Positions 18,798 to 32,488 of a DNA stretch of 64,000 bases are shown piece after piece. Every line of letters starts with the position of its first letter. Position 1 is the first letter of the stretch. The stretch comes from an uncultured Gemmatimonadales bacterium (GTDB lineage Bacteria; Gemmatimonadota; Gemmatimonadetes; Gemmatimonadales; GWC2-71-9). The translations under genes and the position numbers were made by a program. Where the stretch lies: NCBI GenBank assembly GCA_963748815.1, contig CAVVKJ010000017.1:1-64000 (forward strand), given 5' to 3'. The notes under the pieces are model-generated. The model was not told the DNA's origin, did no database searches, and was given only the letters and a program-made list of their open reading frames with translations.

Positions 18798-19406
18798 CTA
18801 GGGCGAAGGCTGCCGCAGGGCCTCGATGTTGATGCGGATCTCGACCTCGTCGCCCAGCATGGTACCGCCCCCTTCGAGGACCCGGTTGTAGACCACCCCG
18901 TAGTCGAGCCGGTTGACCGTGGTGGTGACCTCGAACCCGGCCCGGGGGCGCTCCCCCGGCATCACGCCGAGGACCATGCCGCGCAGCACGACCGGCCGGG
19001 TCACTCCGCGCATCGTCAGGTCCCCGGCGATCGTGAGCGAGTCACCCTGCTGCGTCACCGACGTGCTGACAAAGGTGATGGTCGGGAAGCTGTCGACGTT
19101 GAAGAACCGCGCGGAACGGAGGTCGGCGTCTCGGCGTTCCTGCCGGGTGTCGATGCTGGCCACGTTGATGGTGGCGGTGACGGACCCCCGCCCCCAGTTC
19201 GCCGGATCGGCCTGGATGGTGCCGGACCAGTCGGTGAAGGTCCCGCTCACCCGGCTCATGAAGTGCCGAATCCGGAAGTTCACCTCGGAATGGGCGACAT
19301 CGATGCTCCACGTCGGCGGGGCCGCGGGTGCCGCCTGCGCGGCGAGGCCGACGGGCGCCATTCCGAACAACAGCAGGGCGATGGTCGCCCGACAGCTTCG
19401 AATCAT
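18798..19406 (-). CDS. YceI family lipid/polyisoprenoid-binding protein
   Basis: WSIDVAHSEVNFRIRH, SIDT..RRDADLRS..FF, GDLTMRGVTRPV. Confidence 0.93.
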   Translation of the reverse strand: MIRSCRATIALLLFGMAPVGLAAQAAPAAPPTWSIDVAHSEVNFRIRHFMSRVSGTFTDWSGTIQADPANWGRGSVTATINVASIDTRQERRDADLRSARFFNVDSFPTITFVSTSVTQQGDSLTIAGDLTMRGVTRPVVLRGMVLGVMPGERPRAGFEVTTTVNRLDYGVVYNRVLEGGGTMLGDEVEIRINIEALRQPSP

Positions 19407-20524
19407 GTCGTCTCCTGCGAGTTGAGAAAACTCCGGTAGGCATCCTTCAGCAGTCGCTGGAAATGGTAGACGCCCTCCTCGTACTGCACCGAGAACCGGC
19501 CCCGGTCATAGGCGCGCGATTCGACCCCCCGCTGCACCCGTTCGCAAATGTCGATGTCCTCGCGCTGCACCCCGTCGGAATAGACCAGGTCCTCCTCGAC
19601 GAGGCGCCGCACCGCCGGTGCATCGGCGTCGGCGTAAAAGTACTGGAAGATCACCCGGCACCGCCCCGGTCCCAGCGGCTGCACCAGGTTGGTCTGCAGG
19701 CGGCCCGGCAGGATGTTGAGCATGTAGTTGGGGAAGAGGCAATAGTAGAACGCCGCCCCGTCCCCCGAAGTGTACAGGTTGGCCGTGCCACTGAGCGGGC
19801 TGTGCTGCAGGGAGTACCAGTCGAAGCACTCCGTCCGGTAGCTCTGGAAGTCGTAGAGCTTGACCAGCTCCGGGTGGACGTGCGGGACGTGGTAGCCCTC
19901 GAGGTAGTTGTCGACGTACACCTTCCAGTTGCACGCGATGTCGTACTCCACCCGCTTCACGAACTGGAGCGCGCCCAGCCGTGCCGGGGCGACCTGCTCG
20001 ACGATGCCGGCCACGAACTGGGCGAGGGGCGGCGCGTCGGCCCAGAGGTTGACGAAGACCTGCCCCTCCCACTCGGCCACCCGGATCGGGACCAATCCGT
20101 AGTCCTTGCGATCGAAGAGCTCGACCCGGTCGAACTGCGGCACGCCACGCAGGGAGCCGTCGAGCAGGTAGGTCCAGCCGTGATACTTGCACTGCAGGGC
20201 GCGCACGCACCCCTCCGGCTCCACGGCCAGCGGCCCGCCCCGGTGCTTGCAGACGTTGTAGAAGCCGCGGAGCGCCCCCTCCTTTCCCCGGACGACGAGG
20301 ATCGGGTTCCCCGCCACTTCGGCGCAGAAGAACTGCCCCTCCGACTGCACCTGCGCGGCGTGCCCGACTCCCTGCCAGGTCCGGCCAAACACGGCGTCGC
20401 GGTCGAGCCGGTCGAAGGTGGGATCCCAGTACCAGCGCGAGGGGATTGTCTCCGCCCGGGGGAGCGGCTGGACCGCGAGGTCGGCGGCCGGAATCGTGGG
20501 GAGGTGGATGGCATCGGTCTGCAT
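19403..20524 (-). CDS. Rieske non-heme iron oxygenase alpha subunit (choline monooxygenase-like)
   Basis: CKHRG...CKYHGW Rieske site; NWKVYVDNYLEGYHVPHVHP and EDIDICERVQRG iron-site motifs. Confidence 0.9.
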   Translation of the reverse strand: MQTDAIHLPTIPAADLAVQPLPRAETIPSRWYWDPTFDRLDRDAVFGRTWQGVGHAAQVQSEGQFFCAEVAGNPILVVRGKEGALRGFYNVCKHRGGPLAVEPEGCVRALQCKYHGWTYLLDGSLRGVPQFDRVELFDRKDYGLVPIRVAEWEGQVFVNLWADAPPLAQFVAGIVEQVAPARLGALQFVKRVEYDIACNWKVYVDNYLEGYHVPHVHPELVKLYDFQSYRTECFDWYSLQHSPLSGTANLYTSGDGAAFYYCLFPNYMLNILPGRLQTNLVQPLGPGRCRVIFQYFYADADAPAVRRLVEEDLVYSDGVQREDIDICERVQRGVESRAYDRGRFSVQYEEGVYHFQRLLKDAYRSFLNSQETT

Positions 20525-20587
20525 GACGTATATTACTCGCTGGCCTCGACCTCCGCACCCCGTTCCCCGCCCGAGAGTGAGTGACGC

Positions 20588-21844
<1,257 letters not shown>

Positions 21845-21991
21845 ACTGGGCGCACCCCGGCGGCCTCCAGGCTGGACAGGACGCGGGAACGCGGAAGACG
21901 AGGACGCGGAAGATAGGTGGTGCGTCGGCCCCCCCAGCAGTTTCTCGCGCTTCCGGCATTCCGCGCTTCCGCTTGCAGTTCCTGCCCCTCC

Positions 21992-23932
21992 TCAGGGCAA
22001 CCGAGTTTCGGTGGGCGACGGCGGGATGGCGGCGGAATGCGAGGCGGCCAGCGTCGGATCGAAGTCCGGCACCAGTTCCATCAGGAGCCGCCGGAGTTCC
22101 GCGTCGGGCCGACCCTCCTGGGCGGCCGCGATGATGCGCGGTGATCTTCGGGGCGACGTCACCTTCCAGGCGCGCGTTGGTGGCCCGCAGCACCTTTTCG
22201 TGCTCGGTCGGCGCCGCCTGTTCGGCGCTGAAGAAGAGCTCCTCGAAGAGCTTCTCGCCGGGGCGACTGCCGGAGAAGCGAATCTCGATGTCGGTGCCGA
22301 CTTCCTTGCCGGAGAGGCGGATGAGGTCGGCGGCCAGGTCGGCGATCTTGATCGGCTCCCCCATGTCGAGCACGAACACTTCCCCGCCCTTTCCCAGGGA
22401 CCCCGCCTGCAGGACCAGCTGCACCGACTCCGGAATCGTCATGAAGTAGCGGCGCATTTCGGGATGGGTGACGGTCACCGGCCCGCCGTTGCCGATCTGC
22501 CGCAGGAAGGTCGGCACCACGCTGCCGCGGGAGCCGAGGACGTTGCCGAACCGCACCGAGACAAAGTTGCGGCCGTGCTCGCGCGCCGCCATCTGGACCA
22601 CCATCTCGGCGACCCGCTTGGTGGCGCCCATCACGTTGGTGGGGTGCACCGCCTTGTCGGTCGAAATGAGCACCAGCCGCTCGACGCCGTGCTCGGCGGC
22701 GAGTTCGACCACGTTCCGGGTGCCGAGGATGTTGTTGGTGATCGCCTCGGCGACGTTGCGCTCCATCATCGGGACGTGCTTGTGCGCGGCGGCGTGGAAC
22801 ACCGCGATCGGGGTCCATTGCCGGAACGCCTGGCCGAGCAGCTCCCGGTCGCGGACGTCCACGATCACCGGGACGAACTCGACGTCGGGGGTGCTGGCCT
22901 TCAATTCGTTCAGGATGTCGAAGATGGAGTTCTCGCCGTGCCCCGCCAGGATGACCCGCTCGGGACCGAGGTCCACCAGCTGGCGGCAGAGCTCGCTGCC
23001 GATGGAGCCGCCGGCGCCGGTCACCAGCACCGTGTGGCCCGCCACGATGGTCCGCACCGCCTCTAGGCTGGTGGTGACCGGTTCCCGGCGGAGGAGGTCC
23101 TGGATTTCGACCTTGCGCAGGGCCCGGATGGCCACGCGACCGGAGATGATGTCGAACATGCCGGGGACGGTGCGGGTCTTCACCTTGGCCGCGGCGGCGG
23201 CATCGAGCACCTCGCGAATGACCGCACCCGGCGCCCTCGGCATGGCGATGATCACTTCGTCGATCTTGTAGGTCTCGACGATGGCGCCGAGGTCGGAGAG
23301 CGACCCGAGCACGGGGAGGTTGAAGCACCCGATTGCCGTGCTTGGAGCGGTCGTCGTCCACGAAGCCGACCGGATCGAGGCCGAGCTCGGGATTGCCGCG
23401 CAGTTCGCGGACGATCATGGCGCCGGCGGCGCCGGCACCGGCGATCAGGACCCGTTGGGCGTCTCTCCTGGCGGCCCTTCCGCCGGGTGGCGACCAGCCG
23501 AACCGCCATGCCGCGGCAGGGCAAAGATGGCGGCGGCGAAGAGCGCATCGAGCATCAGGAGCGAGAGCGGAACCCGGGAGGGAGCCAAGCCGAATCCGGG
23601 GATGAGGAACAGCACCCAAAAGGAAGCAGACGACGCCGGAGAGGGCGGCCGCCTTGAGGATCTGCTCCACCTCGTGCACACTGGCGTGGCGCCAGACCCG
23701 GCGGTAGAGGCCGGTCCCCTGGGCACATGCCGATCTTGATGGGCAGGGAGAGCACCATGAACCAGAGGGCGCCACGAGCGGTCCCGGCGGCCAGGTGAGC
23801 CCCTCGAACCGGATGGTGAAGGCCACCAGCGTGGCGAGCGGAAGCAATAGCGGCGTCGAGCGCCAGGAAGTGGCGGTTGCGGAGACCGGCGGGTGGGTTA
23901 GCTCTCATTTGCGGGGTCAGCGGTGTCTCCAC
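21992..23932 (-). CDS. CapD/WbpM/PglF-type UDP-sugar 4,6-dehydratase (frameshifted)
   Basis: [63 protein letters not shown] and [10 protein letters not shown] spread over several frames. Confidence 0.9.
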
Positions 23933-24047
23933 GTGGTGGACGACACATAAATGAAACGGGACGTCAAAGGGCCGTCAAGTGCTTGGCATACAATAGCTTG
24001 AAATCGGGACAGTGGAAAGGGGGAGCCCCGGATCCGGGTCACGATGG

Positions 24048-25106
24048 TCAGATCACGGGCCTCGTCTCACCCCGGGAATCATGAGACTTGCCGACCAGAA
24101 GCCGCAGGCCGGCCACCGTGCCACAACCATAGCAGAAGTGATACAGCAGGAAGAGCGGGGGGAGGAGGAGGCTGGGCAGCCATCGGGTGCGCCAGCAAAT
24201 ATGGACCGCCGCCATCAGCGCCAAGGCGCCATAGGCCGTTAGCCCACCCAGCAACAGGGAGCGTGCCAGCGGGCTTTCGATGCCGACAACCGCCGTCAGC
24301 ACGACCCCAATGGTGAAGAGGCCGGGGACAAGGTGCCTCCATCGAAACGCCGCAGGTGTGAGGCGCCAGACCAGAACATTCCAACGCGCGTTCAGGAAGC
24401 CCTGCCGGATCAGGCCGCCGATCGTCGCTCGCGCCAGGTACACCGAGGCCATCGCCGGTTCGAGGAACACTCGGAGTCGTGCAGCGTGCACTCTCCCGAA
24501 GAACTCCGTGTCCTGGTTTCGCACCAGGGCCTCGTGAAACAATCCGAGACGGTCAAAAACGTCCGCCTTGTAGATCGCGAACGGCACCGCGTCGACATAC
24601 CCGGCCGCATTCGAGACCCGGAACCGGCTGTTGCCCACACCGAACGGGTGCCGCACGATCAGCGACAGCAGTCGAGCCACCGTCCCGGGTTCGCCGGGTT
24701 CCGCCGTGATGGGGCCACCCACGATGTCGACCTCCCCACCGTCGATTCGGCGCACGCCAGCCTCGAAGAAGGCGGTGCCGACGAGACTGTGGGCGCTTAC
24801 GATAGCGATTAGAGAGCCTGCCGCGGCGCGGATGCCAATGTTGAAGGCTGCCGGGGTCGTCCGGTCCGGGTTTTCCAGAACTCGTACGCCAGAGTGGCTT
24901 CGGGCGAACTCCTCGGCGATTGCCCGGGTCCCGTCATCGCTCATGCCGTCCACCAAAATGATCTCACCGCCACCGACGCGCCCGAGTGCCTGATGCACCG
25001 CTTCGAGCGCCCCCAACAGGTGCCGCTCCTCGTCCCTCGCCGGGATCACCACCGAGATCCGACAGTTCGCATTCTGATTCGGTCGGGAGCCGGCTATTCT
25101 ACCCAT
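24048..25106 (-). CDS. GT2 family glycosyltransferase (ExoA-like)
   Basis: ISVVIPARDEE, VDGMSDDGT, AFNIGI, RNQDTEF; C-terminal TM helices. Confidence 0.88.
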   Translation of the reverse strand: MGRIAGSRPNQNANCRISVVIPARDEERHLLGALEAVHQALGRVGGGEIILVDGMSDDGTRAIAEEFARSHSGVRVLENPDRTTPAAFNIGIRAAAGSLIAIVSAHSLVGTAFFEAGVRRIDGGEVDIVGGPITAEPGEPGTVARLLSLIVRHPFGVGNSRFRVSNAAGYVDAVPFAIYKADVFDRLGLFHEALVRNQDTEFFGRVHAARLRVFLEPAMASVYLARATIGGLIRQGFLNARWNVLVWRLTPAAFRWRHLVPGLFTIGVVLTAVVGIESPLARSLLLGGLTAYGALALMAAVHICWRTRWLPSLLLPPLFLLYHFCYGCGTVAGLRLLVGKSHDSRGETRPVI

Positions 25107-25151
25107 GTTCGCTGCCCTTCCGGAGCCACCTCTCATACCGGGACGCCCCAC

Positions 25152-26157
25152 GTGTCATCCCAGCGCCACCCGCCTGTCGTCCTGTTCCCGTACTTGCTGT
25201 TGCCGGCGTTCATCCAGCGGGACCTCGAGAGCCTTCGCCTGAGGTTCGAAGTGGAGATGGTGGACTGCCGTCGCCTCTCCGGCAGCTTGCGCGCGATGGC
25301 CGCGGTGGCCCGAAGCGACATGCTGGTCTGCTGGTTCGGCAGCCTCCGGTACCTCCCAATCGTGGCCCTCGCCAAATTGCTCCGCAAGCCGATCTGTATC
25401 ATCGCAGGAGGATACGATGTTGCGGCTATTCCAGCAATCGGATACGGCACGATGGCGCGTCCATGGGCGCGGCTGCCGGGACGCTGGCTCTTCGCGCAGG
25501 CGGACGCCGTGGCCGCCTTTTCGGTCAGCGCCGGGAAGGAGGCGGTGGCAAACGCCCGAGTCCCGTGCGACCGCGTAAGCGTCATTCCCCTCGGGTACGC
25601 GGATCGCCCGACGCCGGAGGCGAGGAAGGAACCCATCGTCCTCTGCGTGGCGAACATCGACCGGAGCACGCTCCTGCGGAAAGGTCTCTTGACCATCGCC
25701 CGACTCGCTGCCCGGATGCCACAGGTGCGGTTCGTCCGGCCGGCGGAGGCGACCCCCAGGTCGTGGAGTTGCTCCGTACCGAAAGCGGTGGCCGCCTGTC
25801 GCTCCCCGGGCGCGTCGACGACGCCGTCCTCCAGCAACTCTTCGCCACCGCCCGCGTCTACCTCCAGCCGTCTCTGCACGAGGGCTTCGGCTCGGCGGTC
25901 GCGGAGGCGATGCTGCATGATTGCATCCCGGTCGTGCCCCCTCACTTCAGCCTCCCCGAGGTCGTTGGTCCGTGCGGGGTCTACGCCGATCCGACGGACC
26001 TGCAGTCCCTGGAAGCCCGGGTGACAGACGTTCTGGAGGGCCGCTTTACGCCGGCCGAGCCCCCGCGCGACCGGATCCTCAGGGAGTACCCGGCCGCTCG
26101 CCGAGAAAAGGCCCTCCTGGCCCTCTGTCCCGATTGCTCCCTCCAGCGCTGCCGTAG
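25152..26157 (+). CDS. GT4 family glycosyltransferase (frameshifted)
   Basis: FIQRDL, AGGYDVA, RKGL, YLQPSLHEGFGSAVAEAM, SLPEVVG across two frames. Confidence 0.8.
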
Positions 26158-26248
26158 GAGGCGTCCGGTCGCGTCCGCGCCGGTCAGACTCCCTACCAAG
26201 GGCGAAGGCAGCAAGTATATTTGGCGTGACACGGCCAGCCGAACGACG

Positions 26249-27299
26249 ATGCTCGCCGCCACCTCTGCCACTCCGGAGCCTATTTCGCCGCCTCGCACCG
26301 AGTTCCTCCCGTTCGCGAGACCAGACATCGGCGAAGCCGAGATCGCGGCGGTCGTCGAGGTACTCCGGTCCGGTTGGATCACGACAGGCCCGCAAGCTCA
26401 GGCGTTTGAACGCGAGTTCGCGGAGGCGGTCGGGGCGCCGTTCGCCCTCGCCGTGAATTCGTGTACCGCCGCGCTTCATCTCGCGCTCGAGGCCCTCGGC
26501 GTGGGCGCGGGCGACGAAGTTCTCACCAGCACCGTCACCTTCACGGCCACCGCCGAGGTCGTCGAGTACCTCGGCGGTCGACACGTCTTCCTGGACGTGG
26601 AGGCCGGCAGCCTGAACATCACCCCTGACGGCGTCCGCGCGGGGATTCTCCGTCAGTACGACGTCCGGGCCGACGGGTGCTACTCCCGGGAGTCTGGCGG
26701 GCGCCTGCGCGCCGTTGTTCCTGTCCATTTTGGCGGACTGCTCTGCGACATGGTCGGGCTGCAGGCCGTCGCCAGGGAGTTTGGCATTGCGATCGTCGAT
26801 GACGCCGCCCACGCCTTCCCTGCCGCGCGTGACGAAAGGCGGGCTTCAAGTACAATCTGACCGATATCGCCGCGGCCCTGGGCCGGGTCCAGCTTGGACG
26901 CGCGGGTGAGATGGCCGCAAGGCGTGCCGCGATCGCGGCGGAATACACCGCGGGGCTGGCCGGCTGCGAGGGGCTGGACGTCCCGGTGTGTCCCCCCGGC
27001 GTGGAGCACGCATGGCACCTCTTCCGATTCGACTCCACCTCGACTCGCTTCGGATTGACCGGGCCAGGATGATTGAGGAGTTGCGTGCGCGTCAGATCGG
27101 GGCCAGTGTGCACTTCATTCCGTGGCGCACGCAGCCGTTCTACGCCAACCGTTACGGATACCGCCCCGAGGACTTCCCTGTCGCCGAGCAGGAGTACCCA
27201 CGCCTGATCTCGCTCCCGATCTACTCGACGATGAGCGATGACGACGTCTCGACCGTGCTGCACGCGGTCACGGATGTCACCACGCACTTCCTGCGTTAG
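26249..27299 (+). pseudogene. DegT/DnrJ/EryC1/StrS sugar aminotransferase with an internal deletion and frameshifts
   Basis: SGWITTGP, VNSCTAALHLAL, PVHFGG, DDAAHA joined almost directly to GFKYNLTDIAAALG; ISLPIY at the end. Confidence 0.75.
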
Positions 27300-27305
27300 C
27301 CGGGC

Positions 27306-28005
27306 GTGAGCCGCCGCTGGCCGGAGAGTCGCCTGAAGCGCGCCGGGGATGTGCTCGTGGCGGCGATCGGCGGAGTGATCATCAGCCCGGTGCTCGCCGC
27401 CTGCGCCCTGGCGGTGCGGCTGGGTGACGGGTCCTGGCATCCTGTTTCGACAAGTGCGGATCGGCCGCGCCGGACGGCCGTTCACGATTCTCAAGTTTCG
27501 CACGATGCGCACCGGAACCACGGGACCGCTCGTCACCGCCAGCGGCGACTCGCGCGTGACCCGTGTCGGGCGCACCCTACGTCGGTTCAAGCTGGACGAG
27601 CTGCCGCAGCTGTGGAACGTGGTGCGCGGCGACATGAGCATGGTCGGGCCCCGTCCGGAACTCCCCGTGTATGTGGCGGAACATGAAGATGTGTTTCGGC
27701 GCCTGGGCGCAATGCGGCCCGGGATCACCGATTGGGCCTCGCTGACGTTCCGGGACGAGGAGGCGCTGCTGGCCCGGCACGCCGCCCAGCCCGAGTTCTA
27801 CACCACGGTCCTCCTGCCCCGAAAGCTGCTGCTGGCCAGGTTATACCGACGGCACGCGTCGCCTTGCCTGGATCTTCGACTGGTCCTCGCCACCATCTTC
27901 GCGGCGTGCCGGCTGGAGGGGCTCATGAGGCGCATCGCGGGCTCCGCGGCCGGGCGTGCGTGGGATTCCCTGTCACCGCGTACCGCAGGGCCCAACCGAC
28001 GATGA
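27306..28005 (+). CDS. Priming sugar transferase (Bac_transf/WcaJ C-domain), frameshifted
   Basis: LKRAGDV, FRQVRIG..G.PFTILKFRTM, DSRVTRVGR.LRRFKLDELPQLWNVVRGDMSMVGPRPE, PGIT. Confidence 0.9.
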
Positions 28006-28021
28006 AGGGGAGTGCTCCACG

Positions 28022-28986
28022 ATGAACGGCCATTCAGACGAACCGGTGTCCTGGCCCCGACCAGAGGAGCCCGGCTCCCGGCAACCGATCGGTGGCGCCC
28101 TGATCGGGGCGCTCTGGAACGCCAGGAAGCGGCTCGTGGCCGCCGGCGCCACGGGAGTCGTCCTGGGTGTGCTGGTGAGCTACGCCATGCCCCAGTACTT
28201 CACCTCGTCGGCTTCGTTCATCCCCGAGGAGCCTGCGGCCGCCACCCTCCCCGGGGGTCTGTCGGGGCTCGCGGCGCAGTTCGGGGTCGCGACCGGCAGC
28301 ACTCGCTGCCCGGAGTTCTATGCTCGGCTGCTCACGGGGAGGCACATCCGCGAAGCCCTGGTGGCGACGGCGTTCTCGGGTGGGCAGACGCTGGTATACT
28401 ACTACGGCTTCGGCGGGAAGCCTGACAGCGTCGACCGGACGGTGCGCAAGATGGGCAACGACTATTCCGTCTCCGTCGACCGCGCCACCTCGATCGTGCG
28501 GGTCGACGTCGAGCTGCGCGACCCGCAATTTGCGGCGGAGGTCGCCCGCGCCTTCGTGGCCCAGGTCGATTCGTTCAATATCCAGCTCCGCCGCTCTTCG
28601 GCCCGGGAACGACGGATCTTTGCCGAGGCCCGCCTGGAGGAGGCGCAGAACAGGCTGATCGAGGCGGAGGACGAGCTACGTGACTTCCTGACGCGCAACC
28701 GCGCCGGCAACGCTCCAGCGCTCAAGTTCGAGCAGGGGCGCCTCGAGCGCCGGGTCTCCATGGCGCAGGAGCTCTACCTCAACCTGGCGCGCGGCGCGCA
28801 GACGGCGCGGCTGGACGAGGTCAACGGCACCCCGGTCATCTCGGTCGTGGCGCCGGCATTCGTGCCGGTGCGGCGCTCCGTCCGCGGCGATTGATGGTTG
28901 GGTTTCTCGCAGGAGTCCTGGCCGGTGTCGCCACGGCGTCCCTGGTGCTGGCTCAGAGGCTGCGTGGCGACGTCAACGTCACCTGA
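28022..28986 (+). CDS. Wzz/GumC-like polysaccharide chain-length protein (3' frameshift)
   Basis: N-terminal TM, FTSSASFIP, GLAAQFGV, coiled coil, VISVVAPAFVP, then a C-terminal TM in the shifted frame. Confidence 0.75.
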
Positions 28987-28989
28987 GGC

Positions 28990-30320
28990 GACCCCGCAGA
29001 AAACCAAGGCAGCGCCGCTGGCCCGGACGACCCTGCCCTATTTTGGCACGGAGGCGGTGAACGCCCTGGCGACCATCGGCGGGGTCGCCGCCTTCACGCG
29101 GCTGGTCCCCCCGGAGGTGTACGGACAGTTCGCGGTCGTGCTGGCAGGGAGCGGGTTCGCCATGGCCGTGGCCGGCGAATGGCTCCAGGTCACCGCGCTG
29201 CGGTTTGCCGGCCACAGCGCCGACCGCCCGGCGGCGGTCGGCGCCCTTCTCCAGCTGTTGATGCGGATCCTGGCCATCCTCGCGATGGTCACCCTCGCGG
29301 GCTTCGCCCTGCTGCCCGCCAGCATCGACCAATCCGCCATTCTCGTCGGGGCCGCGCTCACCTGCCTCAACCTCGCCTTCCTGACCCTCACATCGCTGTT
29401 CCAGGCGAACCTCGAATCGTGGCGATTCGCCAGCTAGCTCAAATCTCGCGGTGCTCCGCATCGCCTTGCCCATTGCGGTCGCGCTGCTCTGGCAGCGCTC
29501 GGCAATCGCGCTGGTGAGTGGACAGGGGCTCGCGGTCGCCATCCTGCTACCCCGGTCCTGTACCACGTCCTCGAGGGACAGGGCGACTCGGCGGGGACGT
29601 TCCGCCAGGCGCAACGCGCGCATGGTCACGTTCGGCGCCGGGCTCATCGGCTGGTACGTCGCGAGCGAGATGCTGAACCTGTCGGACGGTTCTTTCTCGA
29701 AGGGTGGCGCGGCAGTGAAGAGGTCGGCCCTACGCGGTGAGTTATGCCGGCTGGTCATGGGGGCGGTGGCGACCACACTGGAGCCGGTCCTGGCGGCGCT
29801 CTACCGCTGATGGTGCGGTCGTGGCACCAGGGCTGATTGAGCGAGGCCCAGGCCGATTCGACATGGTGATCCGGCGGTTCATCGTCCTCGCCCCGGGCCT
29901 CTGGGGCATTCTCTGGCTTCGGCAACGACTTCCTGTCCGTGATCGCCCTGCCACCGACCAGACCCCGCGCTGGTGATGGGCTGCTCCGCCGGCGGCATCC
30001 TCTGCGGCACGGCGGCCTCTACATCCAGAAGGCGCTCGAACTGGACCGCGCTCCGCTCCCTCGTGCGAATCGTGGATCGCGGCGCCATCAATCTGGCAGC
30101 GAACATTCGCTCGATTCCGACATGGGGGCTGTCGGCGCCAGCGTTCGACCCTGCCGGCTACGCGGCCTACGTCGAGATGACGCTTCGGGCAGCTCGCCAG
30201 AGCATGTCGGTGACACCGTCGTGGCGGCTGCTCGTCAGCGCCGGCCCGGCGTTCGGGGTTCTCGCCGGGATGGGGTTTGGGGTGGAGGCGCTGCTGGGCA
30301 ACGCCTCGGATGGGCGCACG
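28990..30320 (+). CDS. Wzx-like flippase, fragmented by indels; boundaries approximate
   Basis: AFTRLVPPEVYGQFAV, multiple TM segments, LNLSD, NLAAN..IP.WG in shifting frames. Confidence 0.65.
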
Positions 30321-31800
30321 TCTGATCGGGACGCCGCTGGCGGCAGGAGCCGACCTGGTGACGATCCTGGCGCGCGGGGAGCATCGGATCGGCGGGCCGA
30401 CGGAACCGGACGGTGCCTGGATCAGGCGCAGCCGGCGCGACTGCTGCCATCTCGCGGCAGCGTGGGGTCGCGCTGGCCGTCACGGCCTGAGCTGGACCCA
30501 GGCGCGTGCCCACTGGCATCACGTTCCACGCGGGTGCTGGCGATCGCGGCGTGGCGCGGCTCGTTGCAACCGCCGCGACCTCTTCCGCCGCCCGTCCTGA
30601 TCATCGCCGTACCTCGCCCTCGGCATCGGCATCAAGGGCGTCACCGACCTGCTGAGCGGCACGAGCAGATCGAGGGCCTCTTTGACCCGACTGGCACCCA
30701 GTTCGCCAACCTCATGACCGTGGTCTTTCCGAAGACGGGCCTCGCCATCGCGGCGTTCCTTCTGGGTGACGCGCTCGCCGGCCGCGGTCCGGCCCGGCGG
30801 GCCTCGACTGGACCCCCGCGCCACTGCTGCCGCGCGAGGTGTCAGGCGTGCACTGGCGCTTTCGACCGCGCACGACCGGCCCGGCGTCGCGGTGCTCGCG
30901 GCGAAGCTCGGGACGGCGCTCCTCCTCGATCCCTCGTTCGTCTCGACAGCCGGAACGGTCGGCCTCTTCTGGCGCTATCCGCTGATGTACGCAGCGATGG
31001 GGGGCTGGGCACTGCTCATCGTCAATCGCTGGTCCGCAGGTCGGCGCGCGGGCAGGTATGGGTGCTTGGGTTGATCGCGACGGCCACGCTCGTCGTACCT
31101 GTTGACGAGCTCGAAGGCTGCGATGATTGTCGCCGTGCTGTACCTCATGGTCGGGCACGACTATGCCGTCCGGCCGGTGCGCCTGGGGCAGCTGCTCCTC
31201 GCGGGAGCCGGACTTCTCCTGCTGCTCCCGCTGTTCTACATCGACAGGGCCTACGGGTTCAGCGTGGCGTTTCTCCGGTACCTCACCTTTGAGAACGCCA
31301 TTCAGGAATGAACCTCCTCGTCGGCCGGAGCTACCTGGCCGACAGCTCCGCCGCGGTGCTGCATCACACCCCGCGCATCTATCCGTTCCGGCTCGCGGCG
31401 ACCTGGCTGGAGCGTTCGACTTCTGGATCCCGCGGGGATTCTGGCCAGCGAAGCCCCTCGAGCCGAGCCTTTCGTTCGGACCGACGCATCTCAGCTCGTA
31501 CGGACAGGAAGGGGGCGAGTTCGACGCTCCGAACGACCATGGGGGACGTCATCTGAACCTGGGGCGTTCGGGGTAGTGCTCGTGTTCCTCGCATGGGCAC
31601 GGGCTGCGGCGGCTCAACGACCGCTGGACGGCCGTGCGCCGAGGCCGGAAGGGATCGTCCGGGACGGATTGCTGGGCTACTGGATCGCGATCGGGGCGGA
31701 GCAGTAGTGGCGGTAGTCACCGAACTCGCTATGGCGTACATGGCCCGGTGGGCGCTGCGGGCGTTCGTGGCGCGGAACTGGGAGCGGGCGACCTTGCCGT
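30310..31800 (+). CDS. Wzy-like O-antigen/EPS polymerase, fragmented; boundaries approximate
   Basis: Multi-TM fragments; TSSKAAMI, WIPRGFWPAKP and TT.GD..LNLG motifs. Confidence 0.55.
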
Positions 31801-32488
31801 CGACGCGACGCAGGGGCTTCTGGACCCAGCAGAGCACGTGGGTCCGAAGGATCGGCATCAGGTTAGCAAGAGATCCAGCGCCGGATGAATACGGCACGGC
31901 GCCGCGCAACGGCGGCGGGAGCGTCACCGCCTGACCGTCACTTCCCCTTCAGGAAGCAGCTTGCGCACCCGCCGCACGGGACGCCGTCGAGACTCCCGGA
32001 TCGACGGTTTGTTGTAGATGAAATCGTACCAAAGCACGCCGCCCCGGCTGACCCACCGCCACATCGCGTTCGCCAGGGGCCGCTGGTTCGCCTCTCGAGC
32101 AGCGACGAGAAGACGACGACGAAACACGATGTCGGGGACGCTGCAGGCAGTTCCGCGTGGACGGCGTCTCGCACCGGACGATCTCGGCGGCAGGACGGTG
32201 TCGGCCGCGCGGCTGCTCCTCGAGCAGCTCGATCCGGGTCAGGCGCCGGGGCTGAAAGCCGAGCCGCAGGAACCGAGCAGCTTCTTCGGCGCCGGACCCC
32301 ACCTCAACGAGCGAGAGGTCGGCGGCGCTCGATGCCGAGCCGGGAGAGGAGGCGAATCATCGCACGCTGGCGCCCTGGACTGTCTGCCAGACGTCGGGGC
32401 GGAGCATGCCGTAGCGATGCTGCTCGACCATCGATTGCGGCGCTCCATACCGCTCGTAGACATCATCGATTTCCGGTTACCGGTCACC
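31790..32488 (-). CDS. Class I SAM-dependent methyltransferase, fragmented; boundaries approximate
   Basis: RYGMLRPDVWQTVQ, LVEVGSG, LRLGFQP..L..IELL, GGVLWYDFIYN, TLPPPL and LRTHVLCWVQKP fragments. Confidence 0.65.

Noticed and set aside
24986..26860. Apparent GT4-DegT fusion protein (624 aa)
   Set aside because: Artefact of a frameshift near the GT4 3' end; a stop exists at 26155-57 in the adjacent frame.
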